A stretch of DNA of 64,000 nt, from positions 576,001 to 640,000 of the forward strand of contig JBJMOW010000005.1 of the NCBI GenBank assembly GCA_045803545.1, in the 5' to 3' direction. The notes under the pieces were generated by a model. It saw only the letters and a program-made list of their open reading frames with translations. It did no database searches and was not told the origin of the DNA. The position numbers and the translations under genes are program-made. This DNA comes from Gemmatimonadaceae bacterium (lineage in GTDB: Bacteria; Gemmatimonadota; Gemmatimonadetes; Gemmatimonadales; Gemmatimonadaceae). Below, piece after piece: positions 24,325 to 33,974 of this stretch; position 1 is the first letter of the stretch, and every line of letters starts with the position of its first letter.

Positions 24325-25135
24325 TCTTCCCGACGTAGAAATTGCCAAACTCCGCGTATTTGGCGCTGACTTCGTCGAAGCGCATGTCGGTGACGAGCTT
24401 CTTGAAATCGAGTGGATCCCTGGCGAAAAGAGTGACACCCCACTCCCAGGCATCGAGTCCGATTGCACCTGTGATAATCTGCTGGACCCGCCCGGCATAG
24501 CGACGGCCCGTGAGTCCATGACCGTACATCAGCCGACTTCGTTCATCCAGATCCAGGGCATACCAGTTCTGGTCTGCGTCACGGCGTTTCGACATCGGAT
24601 AAAAACAGACGTAGGGCATGTCTGTCGGAATCTGCGGGTAAAGTCTCCTCTTAACGTGCTCGCTCTCGCGCTCCGCTGCCGCCCGGCCTGCAAGAGTGCG
24701 GATGTAGTCCGCATCGCCAACCTGTCCCCCGCGCGCTGCCGCCGCCCGCGCGAGATCGGCGGTGATGTGATAGAGACCCGCTTCAGTCACGCTCAGGAAC
24801 GAGTAGGAGAGCTCGGCGTCCGCGGAAATCTGCGTCGCGCGCAGTCGGTCTTCGGCATCTGCAATCGCATCCAGCGAGTCCCTAAAGTGAATCGCCATGA
24901 GCTGCGACGCAGATCCGATCAGCTGAACGAGGCAGCTCCAGCCATTGACGCTACCTGATTGTGACCTGCTCTTCGTTCTCCCCTTCCTGGCATCACGCAG
25001 CTCGGTGTCTGCGGTCCGTGCCAATCTCAGCAGCTCGCGAGCCGACGGAACAGGATTTTCAAAGCGAAAGACTTGGTGCAGCGAATACCATCCCTCGAGA
25101 GTTTCAGGAGGATGCGCGATTGGTTCGTTTGCCAT
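24311..25135 (-). CDS. hemQ: coproheme decarboxylase HemQ/ChdC (chlorite dismutase superfamily)
   Basis: ETLEGWYSLH N-terminus, CFYPMSKRR, WYAL..ERSRLMYGHG, GLDAWEWGVTLFA, MRFDEVSAKYAEFGNFYVG. Confidence 0.82.
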   Translation of the reverse strand: MANEPIAHPPETLEGWYSLHQVFRFENPVPSARELLRLARTADTELRDARKGRTKSRSQSGSVNGWSCLVQLIGSASQLMAIHFRDSLDAIADAEDRLRATQISADAELSYSFLSVTEAGLYHITADLARAAAARGGQVGDADYIRTLAGRAAAERESEHVKRRLYPQIPTDMPYVCFYPMSKRRDADQNWYALDLDERSRLMYGHGLTGRRYAGRVQQIITGAIGLDAWEWGVTLFARDPLDFKKLVTDMRFDEVSAKYAEFGNFYVGKIISA

Positions 25136-25177
25136 GCTGTAAACTATGTTGCCGGTGAGAACACCGCCGACGAACGG

Positions 25178-28100
25178 TCAGTGCGTCGCGGTCGCAAGCC
25201 GGTAATCGCGGCCACGAATCGCCACGAGCAACGTCGGCACCAGAAAGAGTGTAATGGGCGTCGAAAGAGCGAGGCCGCCGATCACCGCCAGCGCCAAAGG
25301 CTTTTGCAGCTCACTCCCTGCGCCAAGTCCCAAAGCAAGCGGTAGCAAACCAAACAGGGTGCAGAGGGTTGTCATCAGGATCGGCCGCAATCTCACGCGC
25401 GCCGCTTCGACGATCGCCGTTTCCAGCGGGAGGCCAGCTTGCAACATCCGGTGGCGAGTAAAGTCGAGCAGGATGATTCCGTTCTTCACGATAAGCCCAA
25501 CGAGCAGAATCAATCCCATGAACGACGAAACGTTCAGTGGCGTTCCAGTAATCAGCAGCAAGGTCATTGCGCCAACGAACGACAGCGGCGCAGCCAGCAA
25601 GACGACCAGCGGCTCGACGAATGACTGGAATTGCAATACCATCACCCCGACAACACTGGCGACAGCCAGGGCGAGCACGAGCAGCAGGCCGCGAAACGCC
25701 TCCTGCTGACTCGCGTATTGTCCGCCTAGTTCCATCCGGATGCCGGGCGGCGGCCTTTTCTTCGCGAGAACGGCTTTCACGTCGTCCATGACTGAGCCAA
25801 GAGACCGATTGCTCACGTCTGAGGTGATAGCGATCATCTGCTGTTGATTCTCGCGCAGCAGCTCCGCGCGCGTCTCAACCGGCTCGAACGTCGTGAGAGT
25901 TCCAAGTGGCACCGCTGCGCCTGTTTGCGCCGATACAATCGGTAGTGCTGACAATTGGGTACGACTGTAGCGGACGGAGTCGGGTGCTCTTACCCGCACA
26001 CCAATGGAGCGGTCCTGGAGTCGCACCTCGCCAGCGTCTGCGCCAAGAAGAGCACCCATCGAGGCGTTGGCAACGTCCTGCGCGGTAAGTCCGGCGCGGT
26101 TCGCCTCCGCAATGTTGATGTGCATGTCGAGCTCGGGGCTGGGCTCGCTAACGCCATTGTAAAGATCCTCGACCCCGTCAATCTTCTCGAGATCCGGCTC
26201 GATACTCTTCGCATAGTCCTCGAGTCGATTGAGATCCGCTCCGAACAACTTGATTTCAACCGGGCGCGCCGAGCCGGCCAGATCATTGATGACGTCGGAG
26301 AGTATCTGCACGAATTCGACGCGCAGTCGAGGCAGCGCCGTCTCGACCTTGACGCGCACGTCGTCGATAACGTCGAAGATCGAGCGCGAGCGCTGGCTCG
26401 GTGGTCGCAAGCGCGCGACAATGTCGCCGGTGTTTTGCTCGGTGGCGAACAACCCGAGCTCGGCGCCAGTGCGGCGCGATGTGGCCTCGATTTCTGGTGT
26501 CTGTGCCAGGATGCGCTCAACGATGTGTATCTCGCGGTCCGTTTCGGCTAGCGCCGTGCCTCCGGGCGTGTAGTAGTCGAGCACGAACGCGCCTTCGTCC
26601 ATCTCGGGAAGAAAACCGCTGCCAACGAAGCGGTGAGCGAGATAGCCCGCGACGATTAGAATTGCGCCGGCGATCAACATTCGTCGCGGATGATGAAGTA
26701 CGCGCTCAAGTGCTTCCTCGTAGCGCTCGGACAACCTGTCGAGCGCCACCTTGACACGATAAAGAAATCCGCGAGCGCCCGTGGCTGCCGCGGGACTCGT
26801 GGACTCGTCCGCGTCGGCGTCCCTCTCGGTGAGAAACTGATCGGCCATCAGCGGAATGATCGTGAGGGCGAGCACAAGTGAGACGAGCACTGCAATGGTA
26901 AGAGTGATCGACAGCGCGGCGAAGAACTGGCCAACGACGCCTTTCAGAAGTCGCAGCGGGAGGAACACGACTACCGTCGTCAGGGTCGAAGTCGTTACCG
27001 GCCAGATCAGCTCGTTGATCGCTTCGCGAATTGCGTCGTGCCGGCTTCGATTGAGCTTGAGATGGCGGACGATGTTCTCTGTAATCACGACCGAGTCGTC
27101 GATCACGAGACCGATCGCAATCGCCATCGCGCCGAGTGTCATCAGGTTGAACGTCTGGCCGATCAGATACATCGCGAAAACGCTGATCGCCAGCGTCAGC
27201 GGAATCGACGAAGCACTGATGGCGGTGATGCGTCCGTGATGCAGAAACAGCAGCAGGATGATCACGGCGAGGATGGCGCCGATTATCATCGCGTCACGAA
27301 CCGAAGTCATCGCGTCCCGAACGAGCGCTGCCTGATCGTAAACCGGTTTTAGCGTGACGCCCGCAGGCAGCGTCGGCCGCATCGCGCGGGCGAGGCTGGC
27401 CACGCTGTCCGCCAGCTCCAGGGTGCTGCCGCCTGGCTGACGGGTGATGTTGAGCAACGCCGCCGGCCTGCCGTCGCCGGCAATGATGCGCACGTGATCT
27501 TCGGTGCCGAGTGTCACCGTTGCGACATCCCGTACACGGAGTCCGTGACCTACGACGACATTGGCGATGTCGTCGGGGCTGTGTGCTTCCTGCTGCGCGA
27601 CTATCAGATATTGTCGGTAATCCTGAGGCAAGCGCCCGACAGCGGTGACCCCCGTCGCGTTCCGGATCGCGGTCGCCATATCGTCATAGGTGAGCCGCTG
27701 CGCAGCGAGCCGCGTCGGATCTGCGATCACCTCGACCTCGCGCACGTCACTGCCCTGCACGTCGACACGACCGACTCCCCGAACTCGCGAGATGACGGGT
27801 GCCAGCTGATACCGCGCGATGTCGTACAACGTCGCCGGATCGCCACCCTCCAGATTGTAGGAGAGGATCGGGAATAGCGACGGCGTCATTCGCTCGATCT
27901 CGATGTCCAGGCCCTGCGGCAGATCGTTGCGGATCTGATTCACGCGCGCCTGCACCTGCTGCAGCGCATAAATCATGTCCGTGTTGTCGGTGAATGTGAC
28001 GGAGATCTCGTCCGAGCCGCGGATCGTACGGGAGCGGACACGTGTGACCCCGGGTACGATGCTGACCGCTTCCTCGATGGGACGCGTGACACTAAAAAGC

Positions 28101-28279
28101 ATCTGACGCGCGCCGAGTGCAGAGCCCTGAGCAACAACCAACACGCGCGGGAAAGCGAGCTCCGGATAAATCGCGGAAGGAAGCTGCGGTGCGGCGTAAA
28201 TGCCACCTGCGCTGACCACAGCGACCACGAGATACACGAAGCGGCGCTGTGCGGCGAGAAAATCGAATAGCGACTTCAC
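25178..28279 (-). CDS. RND efflux permease (CusA/CzcA/AcrB family)
   Basis: 1033 aa, 12-TM pattern, IGLVIDDSVVITENI, RLRPILMTT. Confidence 0.93.
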   Translation of the reverse strand: MKSLFDFLAAQRRFVYLVVAVVSAGGIYAAPQLPSAIYPELAFPRVLVVAQGSALGARQMLFSVTRPIEEAVSIVPGVTRVRSRTIRGSDEISVTFTDNTDMIYALQQVQARVNQIRNDLPQGLDIEIERMTPSLFPILSYNLEGGDPATLYDIARYQLAPVISRVRGVGRVDVQGSDVREVEVIADPTRLAAQRLTYDDMATAIRNATGVTAVGRLPQDYRQYLIVAQQEAHSPDDIANVVVGHGLRVRDVATVTLGTEDHVRIIAGDGRPAALLNITRQPGGSTLELADSVASLARAMRPTLPAGVTLKPVYDQAALVRDAMTSVRDAMIIGAILAVIILLLFLHHGRITAISASSIPLTLAISVFAMYLIGQTFNLMTLGAMAIAIGLVIDDSVVITENIVRHLKLNRSRHDAIREAINELIWPVTTSTLTTVVVFLPLRLLKGVVGQFFAALSITLTIAVLVSLVLALTIIPLMADQFLTERDADADESTSPAAATGARGFLYRVKVALDRLSERYEEALERVLHHPRRMLIAGAILIVAGYLAHRFVGSGFLPEMDEGAFVLDYYTPGGTALAETDREIHIVERILAQTPEIEATSRRTGAELGLFATEQNTGDIVARLRPPSQRSRSIFDVIDDVRVKVETALPRLRVEFVQILSDVINDLAGSARPVEIKLFGADLNRLEDYAKSIEPDLEKIDGVEDLYNGVSEPSPELDMHINIAEANRAGLTAQDVANASMGALLGADAGEVRLQDRSIGVRVRAPDSVRYSRTQLSALPIVSAQTGAAVPLGTLTTFEPVETRAELLRENQQQMIAITSDVSNRSLGSVMDDVKAVLAKKRPPPGIRMELGGQYASQQEAFRGLLLVLALAVASVVGVMVLQFQSFVEPLVVLLAAPLSFVGAMTLLLITGTPLNVSSFMGLILLVGLIVKNGIILLDFTRHRMLQAGLPLETAIVEAARVRLRPILMTTLCTLFGLLPLALGLGAGSELQKPLALAVIGGLALSTPITLFLVPTLLVAIRGRDYRLATATH

Positions 28280-29313
28280 TATTTCGCCGGCTCGACCTTG
28301 ACGCTGTCCTCCAGCCCGTAGGCGCCCTCGGTCACCACCCGCTCACCGGCTGCCAGCCCGCTGGTGATCTCTGCGGTCGTTTCGTTGCGGCGACCGAGGG
28401 TCACTTTGCGTTCGCGCGCAACATTGCCAACTGTCACGACAAAAACTTTGAATTCGTCGCCTTCGGGAACGAGCGCGGTCACCGGTATCACGATCGCCCG
28501 CGGATGAACCGCGGTGGTGATCTGACCAAAGATCGTTTCGCCGATTCGCAACGGTCGGGCGCCCGGCGGCGCCTGCGCGCGCACCGACACGCTCCGCGTT
28601 GCGGTATCGACTGCTCCACCCACGTCGGAGATGCGGCCGACACCGAGCGGCTCACCCTTCGCCGTCTCACCGGCGCTCAATGTCACCGACGCGCCCGGCG
28701 CGACACGAGCAGCGTCGGTTGGAGAGACATTGAATAGAATGTCGAGCGCGTTCAGATCCGCGACCTCAACAAGCGATTGACCGACATCGACTGTCGCCCC
28801 GATCGGGGCGCTCAGCTTGGTGACGACTCCTGCGATTGGCGCACGCAGTACCGCGAGTTGCGCCTGCCGCCGCGCCGTCGTCGCCGCTGCACGGGCCTGC
28901 GCAAGCTCAGTCGCCGCCTGGTCAGCATCCTTTCGAGGTACAATGCCCGCATCGGCGAGACGTCGGGCGCGCTCGTAGCTCCGTTCGGCTCCGGTAAGCG
29001 CCGCCTCGGCGCTTTGTGCGGCGGCGATGAATGGCGCCTGCTCGAATGCGATCAGGGCAGTGCCGGCACCGACTTTCTCACCGAGCGATACAAAAACACT
29101 TGCGACTCGTGCCGGAGCCGGCGCACTGAGCGCCGCGAAGTGGCCGGCCCGAGCGTTCACGCTACCGATCGAGCTGATTACGTCGGCAAACGGCTGCATC
29201 ATCGCCACCGCTGTCTTGACCGTCACCACTGCAGCCGGAGCATCATCACTCTGCGCACCGCGGCAGCCAGTTGCCAGCGCGCCGAGAACCAGAACTCGAA
29301 GTGCTCGCTTCAC
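28279..29313 (-). CDS. RND efflux membrane fusion protein (periplasmic adaptor)
   Basis: Lipobox ATGC, alpha-hairpin, LRAPIAGVV, GLAAGERVVTEG. Confidence 0.92.
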   Translation of the reverse strand: MKRALRVLVLGALATGCRGAQSDDAPAAVVTVKTAVAMMQPFADVISSIGSVNARAGHFAALSAPAPARVASVFVSLGEKVGAGTALIAFEQAPFIAAAQSAEAALTGAERSYERARRLADAGIVPRKDADQAATELAQARAAATTARRQAQLAVLRAPIAGVVTKLSAPIGATVDVGQSLVEVADLNALDILFNVSPTDAARVAPGASVTLSAGETAKGEPLGVGRISDVGGAVDTATRSVSVRAQAPPGARPLRIGETIFGQITTAVHPRAIVIPVTALVPEGDEFKVFVVTVGNVARERKVTLGRRNETTAEITSGLAAGERVVTEGAYGLEDSVKVEPAK

Positions 29314-30485
29314 GGTTCCTGGATTGGGATGTTATAGAGGCGGAGCGTCGCCGTCGCGATCCACGCATCGGCAAGATCATCGATATACTGCCCGAGAATC
29401 TCGCGTGCATTGCGCTGCGCCTCTAGCACCGCCGGAAGGCCTTGCGCGCCTTCCCGATATGCCGTGAGCGACATTGTCACAATGCGATTGGCGTCGGCAA
29501 CCAAGCCCTGATCCCGACGAACACGTTCCAGCGCAAGATTTCGCTGCCTCTGTGCCCTGCCGATCGCAGTCTTTGTTTCGAGCTGCGCAAGCGTCAACTC
29601 GGCGCGCGCGCGTTCGCGCTCGGCCTCAGCCTGCAGGATTCCTCCCCGATTTCGATTGAGCAATGGCATTGGAAGAGATACGCCAAAGGTCGGCAGGATG
29701 CCCGTCTGCGAGGGGTCACCGTGCTCGATACCTGCCTGGACGCTGAACGGAGCGAAAATGCCGCGACGCTGCGCCCGCACTGACAATTCCGCGGCCCGTA
29801 ACGATTGTTCGGCCGACGCGATGGGTAGCGGTAAAGCGTTGGCGAAGCCCGCGTCGCCGGTCGGCACGGTTAGCGAATCGCCTGGAATCACCGTCAACAA
29901 TGTCGTGTCTAAGCCCATTACCGCCTGCAGGTCGAACACCGTCGATGCAAGCGTGATCGAATCTGAAGCAGCGGAGTTGGCCGCTTGCCCCGAGTTGACG
30001 GTCGCGAGCAACACATCAAGCTCACTGGCGTCGCCCGCATCGCGCCTGACGATCGCCATTCGTCGCAGACTATCGGCATCTCGGGCGTTGCGTTTTGAAA
30101 GCTTCAGGTGCTCGAGCGCCGCGACGGAGCGAGTGTAGGTCGTGTCGGCATCGAGAGCCGCGGCGCCGCGCTCGAATCTGAATCGGTACACGCTGGCGAG
30201 TCGGGCGGCCTGCGCCGCCCCGATGCGCGCCGAGCGGGCCCCACTGAGGTCCAACGGGATGTCGAGAATCTCGTGGTACGTCGGAACGGATTTGGAGTAG
30301 GTAAGCGACAGGCTGGGATTCTCCCACTGCCTGGCACTGATTACACCGGCGGCGCCAACAAGAGTGTCCGCTCGCGCCACCGCTGCCCGCGCACCGCGAT
30401 TCACGGCCGCATCGATTGCCTGTTGTCGGCTTATCGGCTGCTGCGCTGTAACCCTCGTTGTTCCCAGGGTTACAGCGGCCAGCAT
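29310..30485 (-). CDS. TolC family outer-membrane efflux protein
   Basis: ENPSLSL, SLPMPLLNRNRG, AYREG...VLEAQR repeats; start uncertain. Confidence 0.88.
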   Translation of the reverse strand: MLAAVTLGTTRVTAQQPISRQQAIDAAVNRGARAAVARADTLVGAAGVISARQWENPSLSLTYSKSVPTYHEILDIPLDLSGARSARIGAAQAARLASVYRFRFERGAAALDADTTYTRSVAALEHLKLSKRNARDADSLRRMAIVRRDAGDASELDVLLATVNSGQAANSAASDSITLASTVFDLQAVMGLDTTLLTVIPGDSLTVPTGDAGFANALPLPIASAEQSLRAAELSVRAQRRGIFAPFSVQAGIEHGDPSQTGILPTFGVSLPMPLLNRNRGGILQAEAERERARAELTLAQLETKTAIGRAQRQRNLALERVRRDQGLVADANRIVTMSLTAYREGAQGLPAVLEAQRNAREILGQYIDDLADAWIATATLRLYNIPIQEP

Positions 30486-30653
30486 TAGGCCGAGAGTGCA
30501 AAGCTGCTTTCTGAAGGCCAGATACTTCTCCAAATCAGGAACGCGCGAGAGGCGCAAATGCGACACGGGTGGGGCAAGGCGCATTCCAGCGCCTCGCCCC
30601 ACCCGCCCGAAAAAATGTCCGACCTGGCCGGGACTCGATAGTCCCCAGCGAGA

Positions 30654-31085
30654 TTACTTGGTCGTCTTCTTTTCCTTCGCTTCCTTCTTGGCTTCCGCCT
30701 TTTCGGTCTTCGGGGTCTCGTGCGACTTCGCGACGACACTTCCGTCGACTGCATTGATGTTTACTTCGTCAATGCCCGACTTGCCGGGGACGCTGATGTC
30801 GTACGAATAAATGAGCTTGCCGTTCTCGCGCTCCAGCTCTTCGGACTTCACGGTTCCATTCGGAACTTCCTTGAGTGCGGTCGCGCGTGCGTCAGCCTCG
30901 GAAACCTTGGCGGCCTTCTGGAGATCAGCCTGCGTCTCCTTCTTGACGGTGCGACGATGATGCTTGGCATTCGCCGACGTGGTGGAGCTGGTTTTTACTG
31001 CTGCTTTGGATGCGGCTGGCGCCTGCGCGCCGGCAACCGTCGTGGTAGCAGCGATGGCGATCGCCACGGCTATCACTTTGAACAT
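30654..31085 (-). CDS. secreted PepSY-domain protein
   Basis: GAGGAG RBS, signal peptide, AKVSEADARATAL...ELERENGKLIYSYDI...VNINAVDGSVV. Confidence 0.85.
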   Translation of the reverse strand: MFKVIAVAIAIAATTTVAGAQAPAASKAAVKTSSTTSANAKHHRRTVKKETQADLQKAAKVSEADARATALKEVPNGTVKSEELERENGKLIYSYDISVPGKSGIDEVNINAVDGSVVAKSHETPKTEKAEAKKEAKEKKTTK

Positions 31086-31227
31086 TGATACTCCTCGTCT
31101 AAGTAAACTGCAGCCCGCATGCTGCGCGGGAATTAGCCCGCGGTGGTCAGCGCGAATGTTATGGGCAGAACCTGTCATGTCGATTACACAGTGTTGACTT
31201 GGGTGTACATCGTATAGATTGGCGCAC

Positions 31228-31896
31228 ATGCGTGTGTTCTTGGTTGAAGACGATCCGGGGCTGGCGGCAATCATCAAGACTGGTTTCGCTGAGCACGGCG
31301 TACAGGTTGTGACCGTCGCCAACTATGCCGACGGGAAGATGAAAGCATTGCTCGGCACGTTCGACGTCATCATTCTCGACGTAATGTTGCCGGGAGGCAG
31401 CGGCTTTGATCTTTGTCGCGAGCTGCGATCGCGCGAAGTTGCGACTCCAATTCTGATGCTCACGGCGAGAGACACGGTCGACGATCGCGTCGCTGGTCTC
31501 GAGGTCGGAGCGGATGATTATTTGACGAAACCATTTGCGTTCCGCGAGCTGCTCGCACGTGTGCGCGCGCTCGGCCGTCGGCGTGGCGCGCCGCTGCCGG
31601 AGACGCTCAAGATCTCCGATCTCGAGGTTGATCTCGACGCGCAACGCGTTCGCCGCTCGGGAAAGCCGATCGAGCTGACGGCGAAAGAGTTCTCCCTGCT
31701 CGAGTTTTTCGTGCTGCACAATGGACAGGTGGTCGACCGAGCCGCGATCACCGCGCATGTCTGGGACGAGAATCACGATCCCTTCACCAATGTGCTCGAG
31801 GTGCTGGTGCGGCGGCTGCGCAGAAAGATCGACGATGAGTTTCCAAACAAGTTGATCCAGACGGTGCGCGGCTCCGGATATCGCTTTGGCGATTGA
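31228..31896 (+). CDS. OmpR-family response regulator (CusR/CzcR-like)
   Basis: LVEDD, LDVMLP, GADDYLTKPF, winged-helix TVRGSGY. Confidence 0.93.
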   Translation: MRVFLVEDDPGLAAIIKTGFAEHGVQVVTVANYADGKMKALLGTFDVIILDVMLPGGSGFDLCRELRSREVATPILMLTARDTVDDRVAGLEVGADDYLTKPFAFRELLARVRALGRRRGAPLPETLKISDLEVDLDAQRVRRSGKPIELTAKEFSLLEFFVLHNGQVVDRAAITAHVWDENHDPFTNVLEVLVRRLRRKIDDEFPNKLIQTVRGSGYRFGD

Positions 31897-33208
31897 CGCG
31901 ACTTCGTCGCGTAGCGGAGTGCAGCGGCTCATTCGCCTGCGGATCCGCCTTACAATCTGGTATCTCGCAACTTTCGGCACTATCATCCTGCTGCTCGGCA
32001 TCGGGCTGTTCTTCGTCATCAGACGACAGTTATCCGAACAGCTCGACGATTCGCTACGGAGCGCCACCACTGAGCTGACGCGTGCCGCGCGCATCCGCGA
32101 GCTCGAGGAGGCTGCGCCACGCGGCAGCGTTATCGACGCCGTTGACGAGCTCAACATCCCGGACCGCATGCTCTATCTGTTCGATATGCACGGGAATCCG
32201 ATCAAGCCCGATAAGGCGGATCAGTGGGTACGACGCGCAGCGCTCCAGGCGGCGCTGCGCGGCCAGGCTACAGTGCAGGAGGAGCTCCCGGCCGACAAGA
32301 CACTGCGCGCGCACGCGCTGCGCTTCCGCCTCGACAACGGACAGCAGATGGTCGCCGTCGCCCTCGCCGATCAGGAGGAGCTGGCCAACAAGTACGCAGA
32401 TCTGATCGAAGCTTTCATCGGCATCGCGTTATTCGCACTGGTGCTCGTCGCCGCAGGTGGCTTCGTCGTGGTACGCAAGTCGACCGCGCCCGTCGAGCGC
32501 TCGATCGAATACATGCGCCGTTTCATGGCCGATGCCGCGCACGAGCTGCGCACGCCAATAACCATTTTGCGTACGCGCGCCGAGATCGCGCTGCAGCAAT
32601 CTCGTGACGCAGACGACTACGTCTCGGCGCTGCGCGGAGTGGAAGCGGAAGCGCGCCGCCTCGGTGGTATCGTCGACAGCCTTCTGGTATTGGCGCGTGC
32701 GGACACCGGTGAGCGACTGATCGAGCGCGAACGAATTTTCCTCGACGATATCGCCGTTGATGCGGCGAGTGCCGCGCGAGTGATAGCGAAGCAGAAGGGC
32801 GTCGACGTCAAAGTGGAGGAATTCGAGGAGGCGCCGGTAATTGGAGATCCGACACTAATTCGCCAGCTGATCATGATTCTCCTCGACAACGCGGTGAAGT
32901 TTACCGATTCCGGCGGCGAGGTCGCTGTCGGTGTCGCGATGCGCGACGCAGTTCCCACAATCGTTGTTGAGGACACCGGCATCGGCATTCGACACGACGA
33001 GCTGTCTCATGTCTTCCAGCGTTTCTTTCGTGGAGAGAACGCGCGCAGTCGGACTGATGGCGCTGGCCTCGGTCTATCGATCGCCAGCTGGATCGCCCGC
33101 GAGCACGGCGCAGAAATAGCGTTGCAGTCCAAACCGAGCAAAGGGACCAAGGTCATTGTCACATTCCCAAAAGCAGCTGCTGCGACAGCCTCGCACCGAC
33201 AAACATGA
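31886..33208 (+). CDS. membrane sensor histidine kinase
   Basis: Two TMs, ADAAHELRTP, ILLDNAVKFT, GAGLGLSIA. Confidence 0.92.
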   Translation: MAIDATSSRSGVQRLIRLRIRLTIWYLATFGTIILLLGIGLFFVIRRQLSEQLDDSLRSATTELTRAARIRELEEAAPRGSVIDAVDELNIPDRMLYLFDMHGNPIKPDKADQWVRRAALQAALRGQATVQEELPADKTLRAHALRFRLDNGQQMVAVALADQEELANKYADLIEAFIGIALFALVLVAAGGFVVVRKSTAPVERSIEYMRRFMADAAHELRTPITILRTRAEIALQQSRDADDYVSALRGVEAEARRLGGIVDSLLVLARADTGERLIERERIFLDDIAVDAASAARVIAKQKGVDVKVEEFEEAPVIGDPTLIRQLIMILLDNAVKFTDSGGEVAVGVAMRDAVPTIVVEDTGIGIRHDELSHVFQRFFRGENARSRTDGAGLGLSIASWIAREHGAEIALQSKPSKGTKVIVTFPKAAAATASHRQT

Positions 33209-33226
33209 TTCCGGTCTGATCGACGC

Positions 33227-33943
33227 ATGACAACGCCGGCAGTCGCCCCAGCGCAGGTACATCACCGGCGCGCGTGGATCCGGAAGCTGTTCACCTTCTG
33301 GACGCTGATCGCGATCGTATCGGGGATCGCGGTCGGCGTGTTTGCCGATGTCGGAGAAGACGTTGCGGAAAAGTCGACGACCGTCTTTGACAACGGTGTC
33401 CGAGCGTGGATGATCGCGCATCGGACACCAATTCTCTATAAGGTGGCGTACTTCATCACCTGGGCCGGCTCACCGCTGGTGATGGTATTGCTGGCGATCG
33501 TCGCCGGTATCTGGTTTTACCGCAGACACGGCCACCGCAAAGCCGGAGTTTTCGTCGCTGCGCCAGCGATCGGCGGTTTGGTTTCGGGGTCCGTAAAGCA
33601 ACTCTACGGGCGGGCCCGGCCACCCGGTGGGATCCTGCTCAACGAGCGGACGTATTCATTTCCAAGCGGCCATTCTCTCACCGCAGCCGCCGTGATGGTC
33701 ACTCTATGCTACGTAATGGCCCGCGAGAAAATCATCTCGTGGCCGGTGGCGATCGCGCTCGGCGGGTTTGTCCCGCTGGTCGTCGGTCTTTCGCGCCTAT
33801 ACCTGGACGTGCACTGGACGACCGACGTCGTCGGTGGGTGGACCGCGGGTTTGTTCATCGCGTCGATCAGCGCCGCGATGTACGAATACCTGCGACGTGA
33901 CGCGCCGAGCCCTGCAGTAGATGCTGCAGTCGAACAATCTTAA
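33227..33943 (+). CDS. PAP2 family phosphatase
   Basis: KQLYGRARP, SFPSGH, SRLYLDVHWTTDV motifs. Confidence 0.9.
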   Translation: MTTPAVAPAQVHHRRAWIRKLFTFWTLIAIVSGIAVGVFADVGEDVAEKSTTVFDNGVRAWMIAHRTPILYKVAYFITWAGSPLVMVLLAIVAGIWFYRRHGHRKAGVFVAAPAIGGLVSGSVKQLYGRARPPGGILLNERTYSFPSGHSLTAAAVMVTLCYVMAREKIISWPVAIALGGFVPLVVGLSRLYLDVHWTTDVVGGWTAGLFIASISAAMYEYLRRDAPSPAVDAAVEQS

Positions 33944-33974
33944 CGAGAACTAGCGCGGACTACTGGTGGGGCAT

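Noticed and set aside
22675..24958. Long overlapping ORFs 22675..24132(-) and 24011..24958(+)
   Set aside because: Shadows of the kinase and hemQ genes in high-GC DNA; the same applies to 31159..32169, 46702..47790, 49447..50283 and most short track ORFs
31172..31200. Response-regulator box between the PepSY gene and the two-component operon
   Set aside because: One CTGTCAT and only weak 11-bp periodicity; plausible but not supportable
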